Shown: piece after piece, positions 13,024-22,902 of the stretch | How positions within the stretch are numbered: position 1 is the stretch's first letter | How the letters are laid out: every line of letters starts with the position of its first letter | Origin: Acutalibacteraceae bacterium | Lineage (GTDB): Bacteria; Pseudomonadota; Gammaproteobacteria; Burkholderiales; Burkholderiaceae_F | Length of the DNA: 64,000 bases | Reading direction: 5' to 3' | NCBI GenBank assembly: GCA_963647785.1 | Contig: CAVJBF010000002.1 | Span: forward strand, 23,717 to 87,716 | Translations under genes and position numbers: made by a program | Notes under the pieces: model-generated | Seen by the model: the letters and a program-made list of their open reading frames with translations, nothing else | Told to the model about the DNA's origin: nothing | Database searches by the model: none

Positions 13024-13052
13024 TTTTACGTACGCTCACATTTTTAAACAAG
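13024..13052 (-). promoter_or_regulatory. Candidate sigma70 promoter for the atp operon (TTGTTT-17 nt-TAAAAT)
   Basis: Hexamers read on the minus strand about 40 nt upstream of the atpI ATG, in the parB-atpI spacer. Sequence match only. Confidence 0.3.
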
Positions 13053-13121
13053 TACCCGAATGTCTAAAAGTACTAGTCTTTTCGAACTAGCTCACACCCT
13101 GTTTACGGTATTTGACTCAAA

Positions 13122-14039
13122 TCAAGCCGGCTCGTCACCAGGAAGAAGCTTTTCAATGATGGCCTGAAGGTCATCGAGATCCGCAAAATCAATCACGATC
13201 TGCCCTTTGCCGAGCCGTCCCACATTAACGTGCACAGGCGCCGCAAGCGCATCACTCAAGCGTCGCTCCAAAATTTCATCATCCTTCGTGCGCTCTGGAT
13301 TCGTCTTGGGCTTGGCCAGCTTCTCCTTGCCCCAGTTCGACACCATCTTCTCAGCCTGCCGAACACTGGATCCCTGACGAATGATCTCGGTCGCCGCCAG
13401 CACCTGCTCGCCCCCAGAAAGCGACAGGAGAGCACGCGCATGCCCCATCTCCAGCTTTCCTTCGGACACCATCTTCTGCACGGGCTCCGCGAGATTCAGG
13501 AGACGCAGAAGATTCGACGTTGCCGGACGGCTGCGTCCGATCGCCTTCGCCGCCTCTTCATGCGTGAAGCCAAATTCGTCGATGAGTCGCTTTACGCCTA
13601 CCGCCTCTTCCATGACGTTCAGGTCTTCGCGCTGCATGTTTTCAATGAGCGCAACGGCGAGCGTCGTCTTGTCATCCAATTCTCTAACGATGGCAGGGAT
13701 CTTCGTCTTGCCCGCCAGTTGGGAAGCTCGAAAGCGTCGTTCCCCCGCAATGATCTCATATCGGCCTTCGCCGATCGGACGAACGATGATGGGACTGATG
13801 ACCCCCTGCTCCCGAATGGAGTCTGAAAGCTCGCGAAGCTTCTCCTCCTCCATCTTTGAGCGCGGCTGATATTTGCCAGCCTGTAACAGTGACATGTCCA
13901 TTTCCGTAACGACGTCACCGGACACGACGGCTTCCTGCGCCGTCTTTTCACCCAACAGTCCCTGCATCTGAACCATTGACACATCGTCGCCCAAAAGCCC
14001 CTTGAGCCCGCGGCCCAGACCGCGATGAGGTTTTGCCAT
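13122..14039 (-). CDS. parB: Chromosome partitioning protein ParB (Spo0J)
   Basis: 305 aa. GLGRGL start, ParB box GERRFRA and an HTH region. Confidence 0.95.
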   Translation of the reverse strand: MAKPHRGLGRGLKGLLGDDVSMVQMQGLLGEKTAQEAVVSGDVVTEMDMSLLQAGKYQPRSKMEEEKLRELSDSIREQGVISPIIVRPIGEGRYEIIAGERRFRASQLAGKTKIPAIVRELDDKTTLAVALIENMQREDLNVMEEAVGVKRLIDEFGFTHEEAAKAIGRSRPATSNLLRLLNLAEPVQKMVSEGKLEMGHARALLSLSGGEQVLAATEIIRQGSSVRQAEKMVSNWGKEKLAKPKTNPERTKDDEILERRLSDALAAPVHVNVGRLGKGQIVIDFADLDDLQAIIEKLLPGDEPA

Positions 14040-14042
14040 GAC

Positions 14043-14825
14043 TTACTTCTCCTTTGCCGGGGCTTCCACGCGCTTCACAATCTCGCGTGCAAACTGCAGA
14101 TAGGCCTTCGCGCCGCGGCTTGAAGGATCGTATAGAACGCCTGGAAGACCGTAAGAGGGCGCCTCTGCCAGACGAACGTTTCTCGGAATGACCGTATCAA
14201 AGACTCGATCGCCAAAGTTTTCCTTGAGTTGATCACTCACCTGCTTCTGCAGCGTCATGCGCGGATCAAACATAACTCGAAGCAAGCCAATCATCTTCAA
14301 GTTGGGATTCTTGTTAAAGCGCACACGCTTCACCGCATTCACCAAGTCGCTCAAGCCCTCGAGGGAGAAGTATTCACACTGCATCGGGATGATGACGCCC
14401 ACTGCAGCGCAAAGCGCATTCACCGTCACAATGGACAGTGTCGGAGGACAATCGATCAAAATCCAGTCGTACTTGTCAGCGAGCGGATCCAGAATCTTTT
14501 TCAAACGCATGTCTGCGTCATCGCATTCCATGAGGTCCATTTCCGCCGCCGCAAAATCTCGGTTGCTGGGGATGACGTCATACTTTCCCTGCTCGCTGTG
14601 CACAACGACTTCATCCAACTTCGCCGTTCCGATCAAAAGCTCATAGACCGTCTTTTTGCATTCGCTCTTTTCAATACCGGAGCCCATGGTGGCATTGCCC
14701 TGAGCATCCAAGTCAATCATGAGCACTTTTTTGCCTTTCTTCGCCAGAGCCGCAGCCAGGTTCACTGTCGTGGTCGTTTTTCCAACGCCGCCTTTCTGAT
14801 TGGCTATACAAAAGTTATAAGACAT
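14043..14825 (-). CDS. parA: Chromosome partitioning ATPase ParA (Soj)
   Basis: 260 aa. Deviant Walker A NQKGGVGKTT. Confidence 0.95.
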   Translation of the reverse strand: MSYNFCIANQKGGVGKTTTTVNLAAALAKKGKKVLMIDLDAQGNATMGSGIEKSECKKTVYELLIGTAKLDEVVVHSEQGKYDVIPSNRDFAAAEMDLMECDDADMRLKKILDPLADKYDWILIDCPPTLSIVTVNALCAAVGVIIPMQCEYFSLEGLSDLVNAVKRVRFNKNPNLKMIGLLRVMFDPRMTLQKQVSDQLKENFGDRVFDTVIPRNVRLAEAPSYGLPGVLYDPSSRGAKAYLQFAREIVKRVEAPAKEK

Positions 14826-14851
14826 ATTATTTCCTTTTTCTCAGTCAATGG

Positions 14852-15508
14852 TTAACGCGGCAACGTAGTCCATAGTTCAGAAAAACCTGCCCAGAAAATG
14901 GTGACACCGAGGCAGATCAGGATAAAAGCAAAGATTCGCGCAAGCGCATCACCTCCCGCCGCACCAACGCGCTTGTTGATGCGATCACAGTAGCGATAAC
15001 AAATCCAGATGGACAAACCGCTCAGCAGCACGCCAACGATGCAGCCGACGGCATCCCCCACATTGCGCACGGGCGTCGCACCAATCGCCACTGCCACTGA
15101 AATAGCCCCGGGACCTGTTGTCAACGGCAGCGTGAACGGATAAAACGCCATGGAAGAAAGCGCCAGTGGACTCTTGGGTTTGGCTTGAGGCGCCGAATCA
15201 TCCTGACTCGGCGCATTCAAGGCGGACCAGCCTGCGCCAAACAGCACAATGCCTCCAGCGACGCGCAACGTGGCAATGGAAATGCCAAAGAAATTCAGGA
15301 TGAGGTTGCCCGCATACATGCTCACAAAGAGCACGATGATGGAGTAGATTGCAATCCGATTGGCCATGCGAGATCGAGTCGCGGTATCCACGCCTTTTGT
15401 CAGCGCCAAAAAGAACATGGCGCCGCCAATCGTATTGAGCACCGGAAAGAAGGACACGAACACAAAGAGCGCAGTGGAGTAGGCGCTCGAGATTTCCGTA
15501 GCAAACAT
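14852..15508 (-). CDS. MarC-family (UPF0056) integral membrane protein
   Basis: 218 aa. Similar along its length to E. coli MarC (FGISI..LR.AGG, PLTTGPGAIS, ARIFAFILICLGV). Confidence 0.8.
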   Translation of the reverse strand: MFATEISSAYSTALFVFVSFFPVLNTIGGAMFFLALTKGVDTATRSRMANRIAIYSIIVLFVSMYAGNLILNFFGISIATLRVAGGIVLFGAGWSALNAPSQDDSAPQAKPKSPLALSSMAFYPFTLPLTTGPGAISVAVAIGATPVRNVGDAVGCIVGVLLSGLSIWICYRYCDRINKRVGAAGGDALARIFAFILICLGVTIFWAGFSELWTTLPR

Positions 15509-15522
15509 AAGCCGATTTTCTC

Positions 15523-16176
15523 CTAATGTTTCCGACGACGAATTACCACGAGATGTCTTTCAACGTCAACTCCTGGCAATGTCAGAGGAACGCTCGTCAC
15601 ATCAAAGCGAATTGCATTCAGCTCTCCTAATTCATCCTCAGAAAGCTTTCCCTTCATAGCGAGCCACACGCCATTTTCATCGAGCAAATGCTCCGTCCAG
15701 TCCGTCATGTCCTTCAAAGAAGCAAACGCCCGACTTGTGATGACATCAAACGGAGACACTGCCAACTTTTCCACCCGATCATTGAAGACCGTAAAATTCT
15801 TAAGTTGGCACACCGCCCCTGCCTGACGCAAAAACACCGCCTTCTTTTTCACCGTATCCACCGCTGAAACAGAAAGATCCGGCCGCATGACCGCCAGCGG
15901 AATGGCAGGCAAGCCTCCGCCGCTTCCCACATCAAGCACACGCTTTGCATTAGGCGCAAACTCCGCCACTTTTGGCACGAGCGTGAGTGAGTCCGCCACA
16001 TGCAGCGTCAGAACCGACGCTGCATCAGTGATGCGCGTCAGGTTGTACGTGGAATTCCACTTCAACAGTGTTTCACAAAAAGTCTCCAACTGTTGCGCCT
16101 GATTTTCCTCAAACGAAAGATTGAGTCTCTTCAGACAGGCAGCAATATCAGACGACGTAATTTTTTCCACCATCAA
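15523..16176 (-). CDS. rsmG: 16S rRNA (guanine527-N7)-methyltransferase RsmG (GidB)
   Basis: 217 aa. SAM motif [15 protein letters not shown]. 4-nt overlap with mnmG. Confidence 0.93.
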   Translation of the reverse strand: MMVEKITSSDIAACLKRLNLSFEENQAQQLETFCETLLKWNSTYNLTRITDAASVLTLHVADSLTLVPKVAEFAPNAKRVLDVGSGGGLPAIPLAVMRPDLSVSAVDTVKKKAVFLRQAGAVCQLKNFTVFNDRVEKLAVSPFDVITSRAFASLKDMTDWTEHLLDENGVWLAMKGKLSEDELGELNAIRFDVTSVPLTLPGVDVERHLVVIRRRKH

Positions 16177-18077
16177 GCCCTCACTCCATGCTTGCGCTTG
16201 AGATAAATCAGTAGCAGTGAAATAGCAGCTGGCGTAACACCTGAAATCCGCCCGGCCTGACCCAAAGTTGCAGGACGCGCCTTCTTCAACTTCTGGCGCA
16301 CTTCAAAAGAAAGCCCGGTGACTGCGTCATAATCCAAATCCGCCGGCATCACCAAAGTTTCATTAGCGAGCGTCCGTGCAATTTCATCCTTCTGGCGTTC
16401 AATGTAGCCGCTGTACTTAAGCGCAATGTCCACCTGTTCAATCTGAGCTGCATCCGTCAATGTTTCACGTGAAACCATTTCATCGTTTTTATCCTTGAGG
16501 GACATCAAACACCCGTACTCTACATTTGGACGCGACAAAAGCTGAGCCAGTGAATACTCGCGCTCGATTGCCTTTCCGAGCACTCGTTCAGATTCTTCCC
16601 TCTCCAGCATCAACGGGTTCACCCAAGTGGACTTCAGACGCTCCAACTCTTTAGCTACAGCCTCCCGCTTCTTTTCAAATCGGATCCACTTGTCTTCTGG
16701 TAAAAGTCCGAGTCGATGCGCCGTCTCCGCAAGACGTTCATCTGCATTATCTTCGCGCAGGCTCAGACGATACTCAGCACGACTAGTGAACATGCGATAC
16801 GGTTCCGTCACGCCACGCGTTGTTAGATCATCCACCATGACACCTAGGTACGCTTCATCGCGGCGTGGCGCCCAAGTTTCACGTCCTAGCGCCCTCAACG
16901 CAGCATTAGCTCCAGCGAGCACGCCTTGAGCCGCAGCCTCTTCATACCCAGTCGTTCCGTTGATCTGGCCTGCAAAGAAAAGTCCGCCAATCTGCTTCGT
17001 TTCTAACGTGCGATGGAGATCTCGAGGATCATAGTAGTCATACTCAATGGCATATCCCGGACGCACCATATATGCATTTTCCAAGCCCGGAATGCAATGC
17101 AACATGGCAAGTTGCACGTCAAACGGCAACGACGTAGAAATACCATTAGGGTAATACTCATTCGTCGTCAAACCTTCCGGCTCAAGAAATATCGGATGAC
17201 TGTCCTTGCCGGCAAAACGTTGCACCTTGTCTTCAATCGACGGACAATAGCGCGGACCAACTCCTTTGATGATGCCCGAATACATCGGGGAACGATCTAG
17301 ATTGGCGAGAATAATCTCGTGCATCTGCTTGTTTGTGTGCGTAATCCAGCATGGCATCTGCTGAGGGTGCACAATATCCGGCTCCATCAAGGAGAAATGC
17401 GGCACCGGATTCAAATCTCCCGGCTGCTCCACACACTTACTGAAGTCAATGGAACGTCCATCGATGCGACAAGGAGTGCCCGTCTTCAATCGTCCCTGAT
17501 GCAGTCCATACGCAATCAATTTTTCCGCCAAGGGGACCGCCGCAGGATCACCTGAGCGCCCCGCTCGGTAATGTTCCAACCCTACATGCACCAAACCGTT
17601 CAAGAACGTACCAGCGGAAAGAACCACGCTTTTCGTTTTGAATGCAAGATTTGTACGAACAGTCACAGAAGTCACCTGACCGTTTTCAATGCCGATATCT
17701 TCTGCTTCCTGCTGAAAGATCCACAGATTCTGCTGAGACTCGATGCGGCGACGCATCTCAGTGCGATAAAGCTGACGATCGATTTGAGCACGCGTCGCTC
17801 GAACAGCCGGTCCTTTCGAGCTATTAAGAATGCGAAACTGAATGCCGGCCGCATCGGTCACAGCGCCCATGGCGCCGCCTAAAGCATCCAACTCTTTAAC
17901 CAAATGTCCCTTGCCAATGCCGCCGATGGACGGATTGCACGAGAGCTGACCAATGGTCTCTACGTTATGCGTGATCAACAGTGTCTTCGCACCGATACGA
18001 GCCGAAGCCAGTGCCGCTTCTGCACCAGCATGGCCGCAACCAATGACCACTACATCAAAATTATCGGGAAATAACAT
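16173..18077 (-). CDS. mnmG: tRNA uridine 5-carboxymethylaminomethyl modification enzyme MnmG (GidA)
   Basis: FAD motif [15 protein letters not shown] right after MLFPDNF. I prefer the ATG at 18077 over the TTG at 18113 in the ORF track. Confidence 0.96.
   Translation of the reverse strand: MLFPDNFDVVVIGCGHAGAEAALASARIGAKTLLITHNVETIGQLSCNPSIGGIGKGHLVKELDALGGAMGAVTDAAGIQFRILNSSKGPAVRATRAQIDRQLYRTEMRRRIESQQNLWIFQQEAEDIGIENGQVTSVTVRTNLAFKTKSVVLSAGTFLNGLVHVGLEHYRAGRSGDPAAVPLAEKLIAYGLHQGRLKTGTPCRIDGRSIDFSKCVEQPGDLNPVPHFSLMEPDIVHPQQMPCWITHTNKQMHEIILANLDRSPMYSGIIKGVGPRYCPSIEDKVQRFAGKDSHPIFLEPEGLTTNEYYPNGISTSLPFDVQLAMLHCIPGLENAYMVRPGYAIEYDYYDPRDLHRTLETKQIGGLFFAGQINGTTGYEEAAAQGVLAGANAALRALGRETWAPRRDEAYLGVMVDDLTTRGVTEPYRMFTSRAEYRLSLREDNADERLAETAHRLGLLPEDKWIRFEKKREAVAKELERLKSTWVNPLMLEREESERVLGKAIEREYSLAQLLSRPNVEYGCLMSLKDKNDEMVSRETLTDAAQIEQVDIALKYSGYIERQKDEIARTLANETLVMPADLDYDAVTGLSFEVRQKLKKARPATLGQAGRISGVTPAAISLLLIYLKRKHGVRA
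16461..16476. promoter_or_regulatory. parS site (TGTTTCACGTGAAACC, 15/16 to consensus) inside the mnmG coding sequence
   Basis: Direct read. Matches the canonical ParB/Spo0J centromere consensus TGTTNCACGTGAAACA. Confidence 0.8.
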
Positions 18078-18084
18078 GGGTAGG

Positions 18085-18100
18085 TGTTTCACGTGAAACA
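18085..18100. promoter_or_regulatory. parS site (TGTTTCACGTGAAACA, perfect palindrome)
   Basis: Direct read. Lies 7 nt upstream of the preferred mnmG ATG. Confidence 0.85.
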
Positions 18101-18232
18101 ATGCTTCGACCAATTCCGGTGATTAACCTCTAATCACCGCGTAGATATCAATAAGAAATCGATCGACTGGAAAAATTTTAAGCATTTTACTGAGCCCCCT
18201 GTTTTTTATCCTGCTGGCATGCCACGCTCTTC

Positions 18233-18248
18233 TGTTTCACGTGAAACA
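18233..18248. promoter_or_regulatory. parS site (TGTTTCACGTGAAACA, perfect palindrome)
   Basis: Direct read, in the mnmG-mnmE spacer. Confidence 0.85.
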
Positions 18249-18278
18249 AGCAGAGACCAAACGTTCTGTCTTTTTTGA

Positions 18279-18294
18279 CGTTTCACGTGAAACA
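18279..18294. promoter_or_regulatory. parS site (CGTTTCACGTGAAACA, 15/16)
   Basis: Direct read, about 20 nt downstream of the mnmE stop codon. Confidence 0.8.
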
Positions 18295-18313
18295 TTGAAC
18301 AGAGGCAGGGGCT

Positions 18314-19681
18314 TTATTTCCCAATACAAAAGCGGCTGAAGATCATCCCGAGCAAATCATCCGGCAACACCTGTCCCGTAATTTCACCGATTTCATTGCC
18401 AGCGAGTCGCAATTCCTCCGCCGCCAATTCAAGCGTCATCTGTTGCAAATTAGCCTGTACTAGCTCCAAATGCATCTTTGCTCGTGCCAAGCAATTCAGA
18501 TGGCGACTGCGAGCTAAAAAATCTCCTTCATTTTCAATGCCTCTACCAGATGCATCCTTAAGTCTATCAATTAAAATCTCAATGCCATCTCCAGTTTTTG
18601 CCGACAAAACAACTGTCTTCATGGATGCATTTGTCGGACGATTGAGATCCGACTTATTAACCACATCAATGCTGATTACTCCCTCGCGAAGCCGCTCATG
18701 AATCTTCATGGCAGCCCAAGCGTTGTCCGCCTCAGCCCCCGAGGCATCCCTAAGCGATAAAACAACATCTGCATTCTCTACAGCAGCGAGAGTTCGCTCC
18801 ACCCCGATTTTCTCCACCGGATCTTCAGTTTCACGCACGCCAGCCGTATCAATAAGATGAACCAACAATCCGTCCAAGTTGATGTCATGTTCAATGCGAT
18901 CGCGCGTCGTACCTGCAATTTCCGTCACAATGGCCACGTCGCATTGAGAGAGCGCATTCATAAGCGAACTTTTTCCAACATTGGGCGCCCCCACCAACAC
19001 CACCGTCAGACCATCCCGAAGCACTTTGCCACGCAACGCCTTCTTTTCAAGATCCCTCAACTCGAGAAGAATGCCATCCACCTGCTCACGAATGCGTCCG
19101 TCAGCAATAAAGTCTATGTCTTCCTCAGGAAAGTCCAACGTCGCCTCCACATAGGCCCTGAGCTCTGTAATGTGATCGCTTACTTTTTGAACCTTTTCAG
19201 AAAACACCCCCTGCAATGTCCGCGTCGCCGCACGTGCTGCCGCAGCAGTTCCTGCGTCGATCAAGTCTGCCACCGCTTCAGCCTGTGCCAAATCCATCCG
19301 CCCGTTCAAAAAGGCTCGCTGCGTAAATTCTCCCGCATCCGCCAGTCGCAAATTCACCGGACGTCCAACCTCAAGCAATCGATCAATGATCATCTGCAAC
19401 ACCGCTGTGCCGCCATGTGCTTGAATTTCGAGCACATCCTCGCCTGTGTAAGACTGAGGACCTGCAAAATAGAGAACGACCGCCCGATCAATAACCCGAC
19501 CTTCGGCATCACACACCGACTGCAACGTTGCACGGCGCGGCTGCAACATACGTCCTGAAAAAAGTGATTCTGTAATACTAATGATATTCTTTCGACTTCC
19601 GGACATGCGGACAATGCCAATGCCGCCGCGTCCCGAAGCCGTCGCCCGAGCAACAATGGGATCCTGATCTGAGTGCATCAT
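18314..19681 (-). CDS. mnmE: tRNA modification GTPase MnmE (TrmE)
   Basis: N-terminus MMHSDQDPIVARATASGRGGIGIVRMSG aligns with the MnmE start. G1 motif GAPNVGKSS and C-terminal CIGK. The start at 19681 or 19678 is preferred over 19765. Confidence 0.95.
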   Translation of the reverse strand: MMHSDQDPIVARATASGRGGIGIVRMSGSRKNIISITESLFSGRMLQPRRATLQSVCDAEGRVIDRAVVLYFAGPQSYTGEDVLEIQAHGGTAVLQMIIDRLLEVGRPVNLRLADAGEFTQRAFLNGRMDLAQAEAVADLIDAGTAAAARAATRTLQGVFSEKVQKVSDHITELRAYVEATLDFPEEDIDFIADGRIREQVDGILLELRDLEKKALRGKVLRDGLTVVLVGAPNVGKSSLMNALSQCDVAIVTEIAGTTRDRIEHDINLDGLLVHLIDTAGVRETEDPVEKIGVERTLAAVENADVVLSLRDASGAEADNAWAAMKIHERLREGVISIDVVNKSDLNRPTNASMKTVVLSAKTGDGIEILIDRLKDASGRGIENEGDFLARSRHLNCLARAKMHLELVQANLQQMTLELAAEELRLAGNEIGEITGQVLPDDLLGMIFSRFCIGK

Positions 19682-19767
19682 TTGAAAGTGATTAATTGCT
19701 TTTTTATTTGCAGCGGCCGAACCGCTATCATCATGTGCCTGTCCTGACACTTTAGCGAACTCCATCC

Positions 19768-20073
19768 ATGTCGCTCAAAAAAGACCCGAACGAATTTTTC
19801 GGCGCTCAATTGGCCGGTGCCTCACTTGCCGTTGTCGCCAGCGTTCCTCTCGCCGCTTGGCTTGGCAGCTGCTTTGCTGACACCTACAACTGGCGAGTCG
19901 CCATTTATGGCGGCCTGTTGCTTTGGGTGTTCATCGGCGCTGTTTCCATCTACCTCATCACACGCAACGCCTCCGCTCGCTTCTCTGCTGGCCGCTTGCT
20001 CCTCTGGTTTGTGAGCACCTGGCTCTGGCCGATCCCCGTCATTACCTGGGGTATAAAAAAAACAAAACGGTGA
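19768..20073 (+). CDS. Small hypothetical membrane protein (three predicted TM helices)
   Basis: 101-aa ORF with an ATG start and three hydrophobic segments. Its stop codon lies in the stem of a good intrinsic terminator. No family recognised. Confidence 0.5.
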   Translation: MSLKKDPNEFFGAQLAGASLAVVASVPLAAWLGSCFADTYNWRVAIYGGLLLWVFIGAVSIYLITRNASARFSAGRLLLWFVSTWLWPIPVITWGIKKTKR

Positions 20074-20103
20074 AACACCCTCTGGCATTTCACCGTTGTT
20101 TTT
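20068..20103 (+). terminator. Rho-independent terminator of the small membrane-protein gene
   Basis: Stem CGGTGAAA/TTTCACCG followed by TTGTTTTT. Confidence 0.7.
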
Positions 20104-20107
20104 CATT

Positions 20108-20141
20108 GCGCCCGCTTTCAAAAAGCGGGCGCTTACTTTTT
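20108..20141. terminator. GC-rich hairpin between the small ORF and the yidC 3' end
   Basis: 11-bp stem GCGCCCGCTTT/AAAGCGGGCGC with a 3-nt loop, then TTACTTTTT on the plus strand. Lies immediately downstream of the yidC stop on the minus strand. Confidence 0.55.
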
Positions 20142-20145
20142 AACG

Positions 20146-21888
20146 CTACTTTCTAGCGTTCGCTGCCGCCAGCCGGTTGGCGCGCTCCGTTGCAATCTGC
20201 TTGTTCACATACCACTGCTGCCAGATCGACAGAAGATTATTCGTAAGCCAGTAGAGCACAAGACCCGACGCAAAGAAGAAGAACATCACGCCAAAGACAA
20301 GCGGCATCACCACCATCATCTTCGCCTGCATCGGATCCGTCGGCGTCGGATTCAGCTTGATCTGCAGGAACATCGTGAGCATCATCACCGCAGGCAGAAT
20401 AAACCACGGATCAGGCATCGCGAGATCGGTCACCCAGAAAATCCACTCAGATCCGCGCAACTCCACGGACGCCAGAAGCACCCAGTAGAGCGAGAGGAAC
20501 ACCGGAATCTGCAGAAAGATCGGAAGACACCCCCCCACCGGATTGATCTTCTCTCGCTTGTAGAGCTCCATCATCGCCTGCTGATAGCGCTGCTTGTCAT
20601 TGCCGTACTGTTCCTGCAACGCCTTCATGCGCGGCGTCACTTCCTTCATGCGCGCCATGGACTTGTAGCCCGCCGCAGAAATCGGATAGAGGATTGCCTT
20701 CACAAGGCAAGTAAGAAGCACAATAGCCCAGCCCCAGTTGCCGACAAGGCCGTGAAGGAAATTCAAGACAGCGTAAATGGGCTTGGCAAGGAACGTAAGC
20801 CAGCCGTAGTCAACCACGAGATCCAGGCCGTCGGCGATATAGGAGAGTCGCGCCTGATCCTGAGGACCAACGTAGAGCACTTCCTCCTGCGTCACGGACT
20901 TTCCGGGTTCGACGTCATTCATGCGAACGATAGAACCGACAGCATAGAGGTCGTTGTCAAGCTTGGAGGTATAGAGCTCGCGCTGCACCTTCACATTCTC
21001 GCCGCGAACATCCGCCCAAGCCGAGAGGAAATAGTGCTGAATCATTGCCACCCAGCCGTTGTCCGCCTTCACCGGACGCTGATCAGCTACGTCATCAAAC
21101 TTCACCTTTTGGAACTTGTCCTCTTCAGTGTAGATCGCTGGCCCCGTATAGGTGTAGTAGAAAGAGCTTTCTCCATCAGGCTTTGCGCCGTCGCGAGTGA
21201 TCTGATAGTAGACACTCGGGCGAACAGTCGTCGAGCCATTGTTCGTCACCACGTCTCGAACCGTTAGTCCATAGTGGCCATCGGCGAGAACGTAGTTCTT
21301 CTGAACTGTGACGCCGCCCTGCGTCGCTTCAAACGTCGCCGTCGTCACCTTCACTTCGCGATTTAGCTCTTTGTCGAACTCATTGGATATCTTCGTGCCG
21401 ACAAACTTGTATTGCGACTTGTGGTTAGGAAAGTCACCGCCAATCAAGCCGCTCTGCGCCACGTAAACATGCTTTGCGGACACATCAAAGAGAACGATGT
21501 TCTTCGGTTCCGGCGTTTTCTTGCCAAGAATCATGCCGGCGAGCCCTACTTCGGTCCAGTCCGCTTCTTGATGCTCCTTCAAGAGTTCGGCACGCGTCAC
21601 CACAGCGCCCTGTTCATCGATCGTGAGCTTCAAAAGATCATTTGCAACTTCCACCGGGCTGCCGGTCTGAATCATGCCCTTGGCAACCGCTTCAGAGCCT
21701 GCGCCTGTCATGGGAACCGAGGCGTCAGGAACAGCAGCCGCTTCGGGCTGAGCCGCCTGCTGTTCGGCTACCTTCGTAGTGCCGAGAAAAGACGGCTTGC
21801 CGTTGTAGACCTGCCAGTTGTCCCACAACATGAAAACTGCGGCGGCCAGAACCACCCACAGAATGGTACGTTGAAAATCGCTTCCCAT
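20146..21888 (-). CDS. yidC: Membrane protein insertase YidC
   Basis: N-terminus MGSDFQRTILWVVLAAAVFMLW aligns with the YidC start. Large periplasmic domain plus a conserved C-terminal 5-TM core. Start at 21888 preferred. Confidence 0.95.
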   Translation of the reverse strand: MGSDFQRTILWVVLAAAVFMLWDNWQVYNGKPSFLGTTKVAEQQAAQPEAAAVPDASVPMTGAGSEAVAKGMIQTGSPVEVANDLLKLTIDEQGAVVTRAELLKEHQEADWTEVGLAGMILGKKTPEPKNIVLFDVSAKHVYVAQSGLIGGDFPNHKSQYKFVGTKISNEFDKELNREVKVTTATFEATQGGVTVQKNYVLADGHYGLTVRDVVTNNGSTTVRPSVYYQITRDGAKPDGESSFYYTYTGPAIYTEEDKFQKVKFDDVADQRPVKADNGWVAMIQHYFLSAWADVRGENVKVQRELYTSKLDNDLYAVGSIVRMNDVEPGKSVTQEEVLYVGPQDQARLSYIADGLDLVVDYGWLTFLAKPIYAVLNFLHGLVGNWGWAIVLLTCLVKAILYPISAAGYKSMARMKEVTPRMKALQEQYGNDKQRYQQAMMELYKREKINPVGGCLPIFLQIPVFLSLYWVLLASVELRGSEWIFWVTDLAMPDPWFILPAVMMLTMFLQIKLNPTPTDPMQAKMMVVMPLVFGVMFFFFASGLVLYWLTNNLLSIWQQWYVNKQIATERANRLAAANARK

Positions 21889-22000
21889 TTCCGATCTGTC
21901 AGTTAAGAAGTTGATGTTTCGTGACGACCCGGACGCCGGACCGTTCAAACCAAAAGGAGCATTTTAGGCTGTCACGCCTGCGGATTTTCCCCTTCTCCGC

Positions 22001-22264
22001 TCAAAGAAAGCGCTTTTCCTCATCGTGCCGCCAGCAGTCCCAGCGAAACCTCTTAGGCACAGGATCCCAGCCCTTGCCGCCCAACGGATGACACCGAAGT
22101 ATCCGCATCACGGTGAGGTACAAGCCGCGCGCCGCGCCGAATCTCTCAAAGGCCTCAATCGAATACTCCGAACAAGTCGGAATAAATCGACAGCCGCGAC
22201 CAACCCAGGCGGAAAAAAGAAGCCGGTAAAGCTTGACAAGCGCAATGAAGAACCTTGCCGTCAC
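22001..22264 (-). CDS. yidD: Membrane protein insertion efficiency factor YidD
   Basis: Conserved core CRF.PTCSEY..EA....G...G..L...RILRCHP. The GTG start at 22264 overlaps the rnpA TGA (GTGA). Confidence 0.85.
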   Translation of the reverse strand: MTARFFIALVKLYRLLFSAWVGRGCRFIPTCSEYSIEAFERFGAARGLYLTVMRILRCHPLGGKGWDPVPKRFRWDCWRHDEEKRFL

Positions 22265-22722
22265 GGCACGGCCTTCAAAGAGCGGGCCACCGCTTCCGGC
22301 AGACGCTTCTTCACAGCCTTGAGGCACGCCTCGGCGCTGCGACGAACTGACGCCTTGGCCCCTGCGACCGTAATGTCCCGGCCAACGTTCTTCAAAGGCT
22401 GTCTCAGACGCAGGCCAATCTCAAGCCCCGCCGAAAGCTCCTCAGCCAGAGCGCAAAAATTCGGCAACTCCTTGCGGCAGCAGTCACGCATGACGCGCTT
22501 TACCAATGCGCGATCCACACTGCGGGGAACGTTGTGCTTGCCTACCGTAAAACCAAAACGGACGCGACCGATATCCTTGTTCGGAAGAACATTGATGGAT
22601 ACCAGATCACGTCCGAGTCGGACTGCGCCCGGATCAACCGAGCGCAGCAATTTTCCGAAATCCTCAGATTTGATAATCCGCACGGACCTCGGAAAGCCGA
22701 GGCGAGTGTTCTGCGAAATCAC
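22261..22722 (-). CDS. rnpA: Ribonuclease P protein component
   Basis: 153-aa basic protein between rpmH and yidD. The RIIKSEDF motif region is present. Confidence 0.88.
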   Translation of the reverse strand: MISQNTRLGFPRSVRIIKSEDFGKLLRSVDPGAVRLGRDLVSINVLPNKDIGRVRFGFTVGKHNVPRSVDRALVKRVMRDCCRKELPNFCALAEELSAGLEIGLRLRQPLKNVGRDITVAGAKASVRRSAEACLKAVKKRLPEAVARSLKAVP

Positions 22723-22761
22723 AAAAGCACCCGAAATCGCTTTCTTCGTCCGAAGCGCCCA

Positions 22762-22902
22762 TTAGAGGGCGAGCTTATGACGGCCCTTGGCACGACGGCG
22801 AGCGAGCACGAGGCGGCCGCCCTTGGTGCGAGAACGAACGAGGAAGCCGTGCGTGCGAACACGCTTGATCTTGGAGGGCTGATAGGTACGCTTGGTAGCC
22901 AT
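22762..22902 (-). CDS. rpmH: 50S ribosomal protein L34
   Basis: Hand translation gives [46 protein letters not shown] (46 aa). It is below the ORF-track length cutoff. Confidence 0.97.
   Translation of the reverse strand: MATKRTYQPSKIKRVRTHGFLVRSRTKGGRLVLARRRAKGRHKLAL

Noticed and set aside
16462-18293. GTTTCACGTGAAAC palindromes as REP-type or transposon-end repeats, or as an operator for an unknown regulator.
   Set aside because: The 16-mer is the textbook parS consensus, the parB gene is 2.4 kb away, and no transposase or target duplication is nearby.
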